Positions 15,758-31,491 of a stretch of DNA of 64,000 nt are shown in pieces. Location: assembly GCF_009914755.1 (NCBI RefSeq), contig NC_060931.1. One strand, 5' to 3'. The notes beneath the pieces were generated by a model that saw only the letters and a list, made by a program, of their open reading frames with translations, did not search any database and was not told where the DNA came from. Position 1 is the stretch's first letter, and every line of letters starts with the position of its first letter. The translations under genes and the position numbers were made by a program. Origin of the DNA: the human T2T-CHM13v2.0 reference genome, Homo sapiens.

Positions 15758-16879
15758 TATTAATCCTATAAAAATGGATTTTACATATAGCTACAGTAAT
15801 CAATATTGTAGTATTGATGGATACCAATGGAATCTGTTCAATGGAACAGAACAAAGAACTCAGAAATACTCCCATACAAATACGCCCACATGACTTTTGA
15901 CAAAGGTGCAAAAGGAAAGATGGTCTTTCCAACAAATGGTGCTGAGGTGACTGAACATTCATAGGCCAAAAAAAAAAGAGAAACTTGACCTAAGTCTCAT
16001 ACCTTATATCAAAACTAACTCAAAAGTGATCATGGACTTAAATGTAAAACATAAAACTAAAACTTTCAGGGGAAGAAAAGGCATAGAAAATAATTGGACT
16101 CTAGAGCTAGGTAAATAGTTCTTTGATTTAACCCCAAAGCATTAAAAGACTCATTAAAAATTAATAAATTGGACTTTATCAAAATTAAAACCCTTTGATC
16201 TGTGAAAGACTCGTTGAGAGGATGAAAAAGACAAGCTACAGACTAGAAGAAAATATTTGCCAACCAGTCCTTATCAACAAAGGACTACTACCTAGAATAC
16301 ATAAAGAACTCTCAAAACTCAACTATAAAAAACAAAAAAAAAGCAATTCAATTAAAAAATGGGCAAAAGGCATCAACAAACAATTCACCAAAAACAACAT
16401 CCAGATGGCAAATAAGCACTTGAGAAGATCAACATCATTAGCCATCAGGGAAACGCAAATAAAAATGACGAAAAGGTATCACTATACGCCTATCAGAATG
16501 GCTAAAATTAAAAATAATAATAATAATGATACCAAATGCTGGCAAGGACGCAGGGAATCTGAGAGACTTTGGAGCACTTACACATGGCTAGTGAGAATGT
16601 AAAAATGGCACAGCTACTGTGAAAGATAGTTTAGCTGTTTCTCAAAAAACTAAACATAAACATAGAACACAGCAATTGTACTCCTGAGTATTTATTCCAG
16701 AGAAATGAAGATAGGCTCACATATACAAAAAACCCTAAATAGGAATGTTTGTAGTAGCTTCATTCAAAATAGCCAAAGAACTGGAAACAACCCAGATGTC
16801 CTTCAATTGGTGGATGGTTAAAAGTATTATGGTACATTCATGCCACGGAACACTATTCAGCAATGAAAAAGAAAGCACT

Positions 16880-17103
16880 CAGCCTGAGCAACGTAGTGAG
16901 ACCTTGTCTCTACAAAAAATAAACAAAATTAGCTAGGTGTACTGGTGTGCATCTGTAGTCCCAGCCACTCAGGAGACTGAGGTGGGAAGATTGCTTTAGA
17001 CTTCCTTGGTCAAGGCTGTAGTGAGCCGGTATCGTGCCACTGCACTGCAGCCTGGGTGACAGAGTGAGACCCTGTCTCAAAACAAACAAACAAACAAAAA
17101 CAA
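16880..17103 (+). mobile_element. 5'-truncated AluJ
   Basis: cagcctgagcaacgtagtgagacc ... gagaccctgtctc followed by (aaac)n. Confidence 0.88.
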
Positions 17104-17551
17104 GGAAAAAGCTATTGATATATCCAACAACCTGAATGAAGCTTCAGAAAATCATGCCATGTGAAAAGAGCCCATTTCAATAGGTTACATACTGTCTGAT
17201 TCTATTTATATAATATTTTTGAAATGACAGAAATAGAGAACAGATTAGTGATTGCCAGGAATTAAGAAGAGAAAAGAGGTAGTGGAAAGTCAGTGTAGCT
17301 ATAAAGGAGCAACATGAGGGATCGCTGTGTTGATGAAAATGTTAATGTTCTGGTTGTGATACCATACTGTAGTTTTGCAAAATGTTATCATTGGGGTAAT
17401 TTGCATAAAAGATACTCTGGATCTGTCTGTATTATTTATTACAATTGTGTGCAAATCTAAAGTTATCTCAAAAGAGCACATATAAGATGATCCTTTTATT
17501 AAATCAGCAGCATATTAATATATAATATATCATATCTGCATATTAATTTTA

Positions 17552-17935
<384 letters not shown>

Positions 17936-19089
17936 TTAAAAAATGTTTGGAAATAAAATGAGTATTAGTGGTTAGATTGGTGAGATGATATATAACTTTC
18001 AAATTTCTTCTTCATTCATTCCTGTATTATAAAAGTTTTTTTCAATGAGCATGTTCTACTATGATAGCAAGAAAAAATAGTTATTTTTATCATGAAAAAG
18101 AGAATACATGCTACTGTATACAACTTTATTCACTGAAAAAATTACTATATTAATTCTCCCAAACATCATTTTAAAAGCTGTTTAATATTCCAATGTACTG
18201 ATATACCAATTTTATTATTTCCTTATCATAAGGAATTAAGGATTGTTTCTACTTTCTGTTAAAAAAAATGCAACAGATATTCTTCTATCTTAATCTTTAC
18301 ATGCATCTCTGATTATGTCCTACAGCCAGACCTCCAGTCATATAAACCTATTGGATTATAGAGTTACTGGAATATACTGAACAACTGCTTTCCTGAAAAA
18401 CTATGAATTTATGTCCCCATCATTAGTACAAGTGTATGAGATCACTTTACTCTGTCCCTGAGAAGTTGCCAAAATTGTATTCACATTCCAAACTCCATTG
18501 ATCAAATAAGTAAGGAAAACAGACATGCTAATATCATACAGTGACATCACAACATAATAAAATTGACTTCATACCAGTCTTTGACATTATGCAATCTAAC
18601 ATGTGTGGGTCTTGCTTGCTCATCTTCATCTCCCTCCACCTCCAGAAAGTTGAAACTTCTTCATCTGACATTGCAAAGCTACCTCTCTCAGCCTCATTCA
18701 CTTGCCTCCTTGCAGTCTCTCGAACCCATCTGGCATAATGTGTCCACCCAAATACTCTGTGGATAGCCACAGGACTCACTCCCTCACCAACTTCAGGTCT
18801 TGGCTCAAAAATCTCTAAATCAGAGGCTTTCCAATCCCACTCTGTGTAAATCAGCCACCCCTTCTCCAGCCTCCCTATCTGTATTTACTTGCTCTTTCTC
18901 TGGCAATGACATGCTACAACTTTTTTATTACTTCTCTACTTTATTCTGAAATTTTAAAAAATCAAATCCTATCCTTCAAGACACTGTCATCCCAACTTGT
19001 ACGGACTGTACATTTGTCTCTTTATCATGACGAGAATCAAGATCAGCTCCAGCAAAATTTATTTCCAGGCCCTCCCTCCTGCAATCTTT

Positions 19090-19929
19090 TTTTTAGAGTT
19101 ACTTTTTTGATAAATAATAATTGTACATATTTGTATGGTACATGATATTTTAATACATGCAAATATTGTATAATAATCAAATCAGGGTAGTTGGGATATC
19201 CATCACCTCAAACATATATCATTTGTATTGAGAACATTTCAAATCTTCTTCTCTCGCTATTTTGCAATATACAATAAATTATTGATAACTATATCCACGA
19301 TACTGTGCTATTGAACAGTAGAGAATTTACTCCGTCTAACTATACTTTTGTACCCATTAACCAACTCTTCATCCCTCCTACCCTTGCCAGCCTCTAGCAA
19401 CCATCATTCTACTCTCTATCTCAATGAGATCAACTTTTCTCGCTGCCACATATGAGTGAAAACATGCAGTATTTGTCTTTCTGTGCCTAGCTTATTTCAC
19501 TTAACATAATGTCCTCCAGGCTTATCCATGATGCTACAAATGACAGGCTTTATTCCTTTTCGTGGCTGAATAATATTTCATTGTGTATACGTGCCAAATT
19601 TTCTTTATCCATTTATCTATTGATACATACTTGATTCCACATCTTGCCTATTGTGAACAGCGCTGCAATAAATATGGGAGTGCAGATATCTCTTTGATAC
19701 ACTGATTTCCATGGGATTGCTGAATCCTATGGTAGTTCTATTTTGACATTTTTGAAGAACCTCCATACTGTTTCCCATAGTGGCTGTACTAATTTAACAT
19801 TCCCACCAACAGTTTATGAGAGTTTCCCTTTTTCCACATTCTTGCCAGCATCTATTATTTTTTGTGTTTTTGATAACAGCCATTCTAGCTGGGATGAGGA
19901 GAAATCTCAATGTGATTTTGATTTGCATT
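19090..19929 (-). mobile_element. 5'-truncated L1MA (~840 bp) with perfect 17-bp TSD
   Basis: Reverse-complement L1MA 3'UTR. TSD tccctcctgcaatcttt at 19073-19089 and 19930-19946. Confidence 0.88.
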
Positions 19930-21077
19930 TCCCTCCTGCAATCTTTATTGATGTCCTTTCTCTACATTGGCCTCCACCTCTGCAAATATAATGCTGTTCA
20001 CTGGGGAGCCTTATTCATGCTGCCTTCTGTTCAATACCCAAGATTGCTATTCCTTGCATCCTCCTTCCCATCACCTTTATAGCTTCCAGTCTCTATGTCC
20101 TCAACATCTGCCAAACCAACAAAGAAAGTAATATGAATGTAATAAGCTAATTCACTCTAAGGTATTTTGGTTCAAATAGTAACTGAGAAAAAATCAAATT
20201 CTTAGGGTTTCTAACTGGAAAAAGAAAGATATAAAATGTACAGTTTGTGTTGCTGAGACATTTCCATTCCATTTTATTTCTTCAAGTTTGGTCATCACTT
20301 TGATTTTGTCATAGTCTTTTCGCCTGAAACGTCTTATTCTAGTTTAACATTATCCAAGAAGTACCTCCCTTCTGATTTTCATTCCATTCAGCATTGACCT
20401 CCTCCCGCAGCAAAGGATGCCTCCTACTGACATTCCTCCCATCTAAGCAAGCATTTTTCTACTTCAGTGAGTCTCCATTTCATATTGAATTCTAACAGAT
20501 TATGCTTTTTTCTCCTTTAAAATGTATTTGAAAGCCCCCTTTTCCTTTCCACATGTTACTTCCACAGATTATATCCTATAGGTATGAGGAATCAGACCTA
20601 TCAATCAATCCTAGGAATAATGTTTGCTTTGAAATCTCATTAAGCAATTCAATTATTCTTAGAAGAAACTACTTTGAGATTTTTTTAAAGCCTTATAAAA
20701 AAGACCACCTCTATAGTACCCATTGTCCTTTGTCATTAAGATACATAATTACAAGGTGATCGGCTTACTTTGTCATGTACCTAGATCCTTATATGGTTGC
20801 AATGGACTTCAAACATATTTTTAACTTTAAATTTCATTTTTTCTTGAAATCAAAAATAGATTAGAGCAAAGCAGTGACATTTTATCTTAAAGAACTACAT
20901 ATAACATCCTGTGCTATTCTGATGGTAGAACAAATGATTTTTAAAAACAAATGGTATAATTCTTTGCATTCTACACCATAACTTCCTGAGATACACTCAA
21001 CTGCACACTACCAGATGATATGTGAAATACCCCCAAAGAATTAGAATCTTCCTCCAGCCCCATAAAAGATGACTTAC

Positions 21078-21126
21078 CAGACTTCCTTGCTTTCAAAGCA
21101 ATAACAGCTGCTAGCTCTCTCTGCAC
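21078..21126 (-). CDS. RAPGEF5: RAPGEF5 internal coding exon, 49 nt (phase 0 to phase 1): VQRELAAVIALKARKS(A)
   Basis: Acceptor tattttattag|GTG, donor TCTG|gtaagt. In frame with the 67-nt exon. Confidence 0.94.
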
Positions 21127-22285
21127 CTAATAAAATATTAGGGGGGAAAATCAAATTAGAAGAAGAAAAATGTAGCCATCAAAAGCAGTACTTTGTTCTT
21201 AGATATCCAACCCAAATTCAGAGCTGTTTCAATTAAACCTAAGTTTGCTGCCAGCACTTTTTTGATTTTTGCTTGTTTTTAGTACATGGAAAAACCTCTG
21301 CATATAAACTTTTAGAAGAATCATATTGAATTACTTTTTTAAAAGTTACACAGTTGCCAGAATGTATACATTGTAAAACACTGGTATCTACCCTGTGATG
21401 ATGGGAAGTACCTAAAAAAAAACTATATAATATTCAGATATAATGCAATTATGAATTATTAAAATATACATGATACCATAATAAAGATTAAATATTACTT
21501 ATCCCTCAAAGATGCTAGTTTATAAAGAAATTCTAGTAAAGTTGATATAGGTAATCCTGGTTTAATTGGACCTCTGCTCAAATATAATGAATGTTCACTG
21601 CAAGTCTGACAGGTTTACAGCAACCATTTTGGATAATATGCCACATAAAAGCAAGCATCATCAATGCATAGGGCAGGTGAAATGGGAATATACTAGATGA
21701 CCTTTAAAATCCTAAATGTCTTTAACCCTACTCACTTGTCCAAAGTTTTTAGCACTTACTCTCACTCTCATCCTTCCCACTTTGAACACTTAAATCCGTC
21801 CTTGAAAACATTTTCAAAGCAGAACACGAAACAGTGACAAAAATAAGCACAGTCACTTTCAAAGATAACATGAAGGTATCAATAAAAATTCCATAATGAG
21901 GAAGCTCTCTCCCCTTCAGGACACAAACTCTTAAACTCAGAAGTTTGTGTGTTCAGGTGTTTGGAACTGGTGATGATGGGTTTTTTTTTTTCGGCGGGTG
22001 GGGGTATCAGGCAGCAGAATATATTGCAGTAATGACACTTTAAAGGGAGTTCAAGGTTAAATTGCAGATTTGCTATTCAAATTAACATAATCTACATTCA
22101 TTTACTGGAAGGCAAGTGTAGCAATATGCTAGACCCTGAGACTCCACATAGGACTGGCTTTCTCAACAGCCAGGGCATTATCACCCCTGCAGAAGGCAGC
22201 TTGTCCCATCTGTCTTTATTGCTGCACTTTCCCTGATGGGCTAAGTGAAAGTCATTCAAAAATGCATAGTCTTGATTTAGCTGAT

Positions 22286-22393
22286 TCTTTGACACTGTAA
22301 GATTCTCTCAGGAAAATTACACGGCAGTGAGAAGACAATCTTTGACACCGTAAGATTCTCTCAGGAAAATTACATGGCAGTGAGAAGACAATC
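22286..22393. repeat. 53-bp tandem duplication (2 copies, 2 mismatches)
   Basis: tctttgacacYgtaagattctctcaggaaaattacaYggcagtgagaagacaa twice (22286-22338, 22339-22391). Confidence 0.95.
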
Positions 22394-23894
22394 AGTCCCT
22401 CTCCAACCTTAGGAGTTTGAGCTCTGAAAATGCTCACAGTTGGAAAGTTTACAGTTAAAGAACTTAGTGGGAAGAGTACTGAGGCAGACAGAAGTGATGA
22501 ATGACCACAAGAAAACCTTCGTAAGTACTGGTATGCATACTCAAATAAATTTAAAAAGCATCGAAGTAAAAATATCAATTACTGCATATTTTACATATTT
22601 TAAATTGTTTGTAAGGTTTATTGTAGTATTACCAGTTCTTTTTAGGATTTTCTTCATTCACAGTGTCACAAATATTTGGAGTTGGGACAAAGAGGCAGAT
22701 TATAAACATTCACAAGGGTCTTGTCAATGGTTTCTAGATTCTATGATCTCCCAGGGAAAACCCCACTGTGGCACACACACAGGGAGAAGGCAGAGATGGA
22801 AAATCATGCACGAGGTGGATCACTTAATTTGCTCACAACGGATCGAAACCAGTCATCTCCAGCTTCCTCTTTTAATTTTCCACACCTGAATTCCCTTTAT
22901 GGGATTCTCAGTTTTTCCTTTTCCAATTAGAAAATGATGCCCAAAATAGAAACAGCTCAGAAAAGGAAAGGATTATATTCCCACCACTGTATAACACTAC
23001 AGCTTTTCAAAGAGTTGACAGAGAAAGAAAGGAAAGAATGAGATGAGCGAGCAAAAAATGGAGCATTTCCGGGGCACTTGGGAGGGTGAGAGACAGGCAG
23101 TGAGAAAGGCATGAAGAACTTCACAGTTCAACTTAGAACCTAGGCTGCTTTTTTACATAAAATAAATGAGATTACTGTACTGTACTACACTACATCAACT
23201 GAACCTCTGCCATGGGAGGATACGAGTATTTTATGCAAAGGAGGATGTACGATAGCTTCCGTGTTTCTGCATTGGGAGGGAAAAAGTTTTTGACAAAAAA
23301 AAAAAAAAAAAAAAGAAACCCAAAGATAGGTTAGTCTTCCTACAAGACGCAAAGGGGAAAGTGCTGATCAAGCAGACCACACACTGGGTAAGATCCCTTT
23401 CATGCTGCTACAGCATCTTCACAGTTCTTTTTTGTTTTTTTAAATGACCTAGCAATCAATCATTTAAAGTTGTGTGACTAATGCCTATATTTTGGCTGGA
23501 AACTCCACTGAGGCAGGGACCTGTTTGCCTTTTCTTCACATTATCCTGGGCAATTGACACTCACTCATTAGCCCACAAGAGGTGGTTGAAGAGACAACCC
23601 TATTTATACAAAGACAGAAGGAGAAAACACAGAAAGGACCGAGGGGAGAGAAAAAACTTCCCGAGGGAGGACAATGAAAATTCAGAGAAGGCATTCCCAT
23701 CATAAGTTACTCCCAGCAGAAATCTTCAGAACATGTTAGAAGGATTCAAAGCTGGCCTTTGCAAATAATTGTTAGGTTTATATGAAACTGAATTGAAAAC
23801 TAAAACTCTGAGCAATTACACAAACAGGGACTACACTTTTCTTTGTGTGTTAATAAGGGACCTGTTGGCACTGGAAAAGAAATGTCATACTCCA

Positions 23895-24522
23895 GTGCCA
23901 GTTGAGCCTTCAAATAACTGAGGCTCTGGCTGACATTCTGACCACAACCTCCTGAGACACCCTGAGCAGGAACTACCTAGCTAAGGTGCTTCCCAACTCC
24001 TAACATGTGGGGGATCAGTCAGATTGGTGGGAAAAACTATAGGGAAAGGACACAAACCTTCTGAAAGGTCGAAAGGTTCTGCAGAGCCCCGGAGGAGAAC
24101 AGGTGAAGGCAGCTGTTCTATAAAACTGAGGCAGAGGGCAAGGAGTAGGTACAAAAGAATGTGGGGGAATTTATCTTAAACAAGCTTGCTTACTTGTGTT
24201 GACCAGGAACTGACCTTTGATCATCTATGTACACCTGACATTCCCTGAAAGGCGAACAATGAATGTTAATTACCTACAGGTAGTGTTGGCTCCAGGTTTT
24301 TGGCACTGTGCCTGCACTGAATAAAAGCAAGCAGCTCCAGCTTCTCAGGGCTGCTCTCTGGCCACTAGAGCCAGGCAGTCACCTAGGTGCTCTCACACTG
24401 CTTACCTGTGTCTGAGTACTCATTTCATCCATCTGCCACAGTCTGTGAGACAGACCCGGTACCAACATAATAAATACACGTTGTTTCAAATCTGTAGATT
24501 CTGGAGTCATTTGTTATGCTGA
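23895..24522 (+). mobile_element. MLT1-type MaLR LTR 3' fragment split by an LTR22 insertion
   Basis: gagccttcaaataactgagg...ccctgagcaggaactacctagctaag on the left; taataaat...gttgtttcaa...tttgttatgc on the right. Confidence 0.65.
24006..24461 (+). mobile_element. LTR22-like (HERV-K HML-5) solo LTR
   Basis: Starts tgtgggggatcagtcagattggtgggaaaaactatagggaaaggacacaaaccttctgaaagg. AATAAA at 24320-24325. Ends cagacccggta. 6-bp TSD ctaaca/ccaaca. Confidence 0.8.
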
Positions 24523-24799
24523 AGAGTCTTTTATAAGACAATGATGATTTTTCTACTGTAATCTAACTGTGTTGTTGGCTAACCTGAGTTCCTCTCACCA
24601 TGCCTGAAATAGAGCCACTGTTGGGTTAGGCTTGAGAAATGTACCAAATGTAGTAGAACCATGTTCTGATACTGGCCATGGTTTTTATCCAATGAGGATA
24701 CAAAACCACTGCCTAGGTCATTAGAAAAAAATGCATTGTTCTTAATCTGACAGAAACAGTAAATTATTAGCTTGGCTTTTCCTGTCATAACCCTTCCCT

Positions 24800-25112
24800 A
24801 CTATAATCCTTAACTCCTTTTCAGAACTCCCTGGGACTAGATGTATTTCAGAATTCAAAATTTTACAAATTTCAGAAAGGTATCTTCAGTGAGGTCTGGG
24901 GCAGCAACTTGTAGTCAGATACATTAATATTTCTTCCATGAAATGCATTACTATTCAAATCAAATGGGATAAAGGAAGACTAGAAAAAGCCTAGAGTTTT
25001 GCCACCAAATATGTTCAGTTTTGGTTGGATTTTGCCACCAAGTTAGTTATGAAGAACTTTTGTTTTTCAGAGTTTTTCTAATGTAGGACTGTGAATAAGG
25101 GACTGTAAACCT
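24800..25112. mobile_element. MER46C-like Tigger (TcMar) element
   Basis: agatgtatttcagaattcaaaatttt...ggtctggggcagca...cattaatatttc...ttttgccaccaa...taagggactgtaaacct. Confidence 0.7.
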
Positions 25113-25249
25113 CTACTAGTGTTACATTAAAGTTTCCCTCCCTCATCTTTTTCTCATGTTTCTTCTTTCCCAATTGCTATTTGGTCACTACTTTTGGTCT
25201 ACTTACTGGGAAATGCTTTCTTTAAATAGCTTGAGTTTTCATCTAGTTC

Positions 25250-25421
25250 AGCAGTTCTCAAACTTGACTGCACATTAGAATCATTTGGAGAGGTTTAAAA
25301 AAAATACTGATATTTAGGCCCCAACTAAATCAGAATCTCGGGATTGAACCAGGCATCAGTGTGCATTGTTGTTTCCAAGATTCCTAGGTGATTCTATTGC
25401 ATCCAGGGTGAGAAATCACTG
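25250..25421. mobile_element. MER5 hAT element
   Basis: cagcagttctcaaacttgactgcacattagaatca ... ggtgattctattg...gagaaatcactg (terminal inverted repeats). Confidence 0.75.
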
Positions 25422-26175
25422 CTCTATTCAACAAGTATCTTACTTTCTCCAAGGCCCCATATTTCGACCTTCATTTCAACTGAAAATTTTTAGTCTGTAC
25501 TTTGTCCTCCTCTAATTTAATTCATTTGTAAAGGAACGTGGCCTTCACTGTATTTAGATATAAAATTATGCTATAATCCAATCAAATAAGATTCACTTAC
25601 TATAGTAGCAGTTCGACAGACAAGATTTATTCAAGTACAAAGAAAATTGCAAGGAGGCTTTTAAGAACCTTCAAGTTTAATTTAAAATATAGTTTACTCA
25701 ATATAAAACAACTATGCAATTCAAAACACTTGCAGCTGACAGTTATATTTGGCCTTGTAAATGTCTAAATAGAGGACGATTAAAGGACTGATAAAACATA
25801 TCCCAAATTTTTCCCTCTCCCCTAGTTACCCAACAGAAACTAGAGTCAGAAACATGTTGAAATGTTTTGGCTTTCTATCTTGGATAACCAACATGGCTGT
25901 TCACAAAATAGCCTTGACATTCAGTGAGAATCAGAGTCAGTCTTATGTCCAGCATTCTGTCTTCTTTTTCCTCTGGCAGTTTAGTAGTGCCTTTGGTCTT
26001 AAAATCCAAAGGCTCCCAGACCTGTTTTGCATCAAAGCTAAGATTCAAGCAAACTCTGAGTGACAGAGAGTTTCTCCATGGGAGAGGTTAACTGAGAAGA
26101 CATGAGCAGGCTTGCTGGAAGAGGAGGCCCTTGAAAGCAAGGTATGAAGCTCAATTAGAAAGTCAAGGAAAGTTG

Positions 26176-26500
<325 letters not shown>

Positions 26501-26852
26501 TCAAGGAAACTCATTTTGAGAGGACAGAGCAATATTAGCAAAGGTCTTAGTTACCAAAGCGTTGTCCTTACAAATTAATTTTTAATAGAATTGCCAATTC
26601 ACAAATTCCCTAAAGGCTTTTAGTAAATCTATTAATCTTAGAAACATTTAAATTTTGATGCCATGATAGAAATGTTTTTAAAATACAGAGCCCATTTTTC
26701 TCAATTTCCTAAACTAAATGTAAGAAGAAACATAATCTAATATTCTTCCATGTTTTATTCCCAAAAAATATACAACTTTTAAGCCATTATATAATGTTAA
26801 GCTAGTATGGACTTTAAGAATTCTAGAAAAAATAAATAAATATGCTTCTTAA

Positions 26853-27213
<361 letters not shown>

Positions 27214-27264
27214 TAGTTATTTCCCCAATAACTGCTGTCATCACATCAAAGAGGTGTTTGTTAA

Positions 27265-27641
<377 letters not shown>

Positions 27642-28099
27642 TTAAATCACTTAAATAGACTTGTTTAATGCAAACAAATATGCATGTTAACTTTATTGTA
27701 ACTGAGATAATAGCTGGCCATTTAAAGACTAATATATGTAGAAGTGATCTGAAACTAACAAAATGAACTGGAATAGTCTTCTACGATTTTAAACGTCTAT
27801 TAAGTCTGCTACACATGCACCTAATATGATAGAGGTTCACATTAAAAAGATCTGATAGTTGAGTACAAGCATACTTTGAGTTAATGGGAGTTGGATTACT
27901 TAGAATGGATAACAGTGTTTTTAGGAATATTACTAGAGGTATATTCAGGTCACACACACAAAAAATGGACTCCAGAAAGATCAACATCTGGATTGCATTT
28001 GGTTTTGTTAAGGTCCATGAGGAGTAGATAGTATCCACAGGAGAATGACCAGGAGATAGTCACCTCCCTGTAGTTCAACTTGACGAACACAGCCATCCT

Positions 28100-29500
<1,401 letters not shown>

Positions 29501-30879
29501 TAAAATGTTTACAGTTGTTACTGAGAAGGTGTAGGGGGAACATGATCATTAACTTCAAGTATTTCAAAGTCTGAGGCTGAAATTCAGACCAATGGAGAGA
29601 AGTTGCAAAAGGACATGTTTTAGCTCAATGTAAGAACTTTCAAATACCCAGAACTGTCCACAGTGGAAATGGTCTATTGAATTTGTGAGATTCAATAGGA
29701 GATGCTTTACATGGGAAGGTATATATCAGAAGTGCCCCAAGGATTGTTCTAAAGATTTGTTTTAAGAATGTCTCATTTCCTAATGACCCCACTACCAAAA
29801 GAGAACAAGCATGTTCTCTTTGGAGACCATGGGGGTTGTTCATGTCACCTGGGAGTTGGTGACATATGTCAGCCTGCAGTTGAACAGCTGGTGATGTTAT
29901 GGCCATCTAATCCACCTCACAGAAATAGAGGTGGTACAAATCTGAATGAATAGATAAAAAATAACTGTTGGAAACCATTTCCTGTCGTGGAAATCTCATG
30001 AATTTCATGGTACAAACAACAGAAGAAACTACAGATGTTTACAAGAACTCAGAAGAACAAGCTAACGACACTAACATCTTTTCAAAAGAGCAGGTGTATC
30101 TGTGTCTTCAGTTTTCAAAGCTGCTCTTACAACCTCTGATTGGTAATTTCTCTGAAGCCCTAACTGCTGATCTACCTGAATTTCCTGATAAATAAAAATT
30201 TGTATATAAAATGTATTTTAAGGAAATAAGTCTATATTAGACATTTTAATTTTTGTTGTAATAATAAAATAAAACGTTATGTTTACATAATTAAAATTTT
30301 AATTTTTATGTCTCAAGTTACTTTTTTTGGTGTTTTCTGGTAGACCCAGCGTATTATTCAATCTACAAAAAGCTCATAAATGATTCTCAGGTGGATTTTC
30401 ATGATATAGTTTATTTAACAAAGCATCTCCAAAGCCATAATATAATTTTTAAACTCATGTCTTACTACGTCTTTTATTCTATGTTACACACCATTCCATA
30501 CATATCTTTTCTCAATCATCGTGCCCTTTGGAGGTAAGATTATAAACTACAGCAACTGTGTAACTACATCAACAGTGAAGTCCCAGACATTCTAGGGATC
30601 TTCTATGGTAGCAATCTCTCATTTGTAGGGACAGATTCCTGTAGAACCTTGTAGGGATGTTACATTACAAAGACTGATATTGGGATAAACTCAGATTAGC
30701 GAAGACTGTTTCCAGCTAGAAATTCTACGCATAAAAACTGCTAACAAGTGAAGCCTCCTAGAAGACCAAGATTCAGAACCCGAGATCCAAAAGTCTAAAA
30801 CAAGAGTAGGAAATCTCTAATTATTTTATGCCAACCTTGAGAGAAGCTGTAGTTTCCTGACGGTGGGGTGGAGTCACAG

Positions 30880-30995
30880 TCCTCTACCTCATAGGATTGT
30901 TGTGAGATTTAGACGAATTAACATGTATAAATCATCGGGACTGATTGATCCGACACAGAGTAAGTGCTATTTGAGTGTTATCTATTATCATCCTC
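30880..30995 (+). mobile_element. MIR 3' fragment
   Basis: ctacctcataggattgttgtgagattt...acacagagtaagtgct...tattatcatc. Confidence 0.7.
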
Positions 30996-31491
30996 ATCAC
31001 ATTATTAGAATATAGTTGAGCTGAATGACAGAAGAAAGGACATATCCAGTCTTTAATTGCTTTAATATTGCATATGTTTAAGCCCTTTCTTCCACCTAAA
31101 TTATAAACTCTTTCACAATCAGTATTTCCTCCATTTATTATATTTCACCTACCTAGCCCAGTCCCATTGCAACTAGAATAAAAGAGGCTGAAGCATTTCA
31201 GTGAAAATGTGTAAACAGTGCTTAAAGTGCTTTTTCAGACTTTACTTTCAGACTTTACTTTAAAAATGAACTTTTAGATTTCTATAGAATTCTGAAGCCT
31301 TTATAAATGTATGAAGGACAGACTTCAGGTTTCAAAATTCACTTTGAAACGTCAGAGGTATCAATCAACTTAAGTAGCTGTGCCCTGGCAGCTTCTGACA
31401 TTCAAAAGAGAACTGCTGTATTAGAATCAGGAGATTATGGGTTCAAATTCAAATTCAAATCCAAATTCAAATTCTTGTATTTAACAAGAAA

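Larger units (their letters stand above)
14660..17475 (+). mobile_element. Old L1 (L1ME/L1MD-like) fragments interleaved with AluJ elements
   Basis: ORF 16195..16602 is degenerate L1 ORF2 (IQMANKHLRR...YHYTPIRMAKIK). L1M 3'UTR at 17100-17475. Confidence 0.7.

Noticed and set aside
22286-22393. CRISPR-like array
   Set aside because: Two adjacent copies with no spacer, in human DNA; a simple tandem duplication.
22440-22889. Longest ORF in the track (149 aa)
   Set aside because: Non-ATG start, antisense to the gene, no recognisable homology.
31441-31474. (TTCAAA)n run; also short duplications at ~4243-4276 and 60333-60374
   Set aside because: Ordinary slippage repeats with no supporting context.
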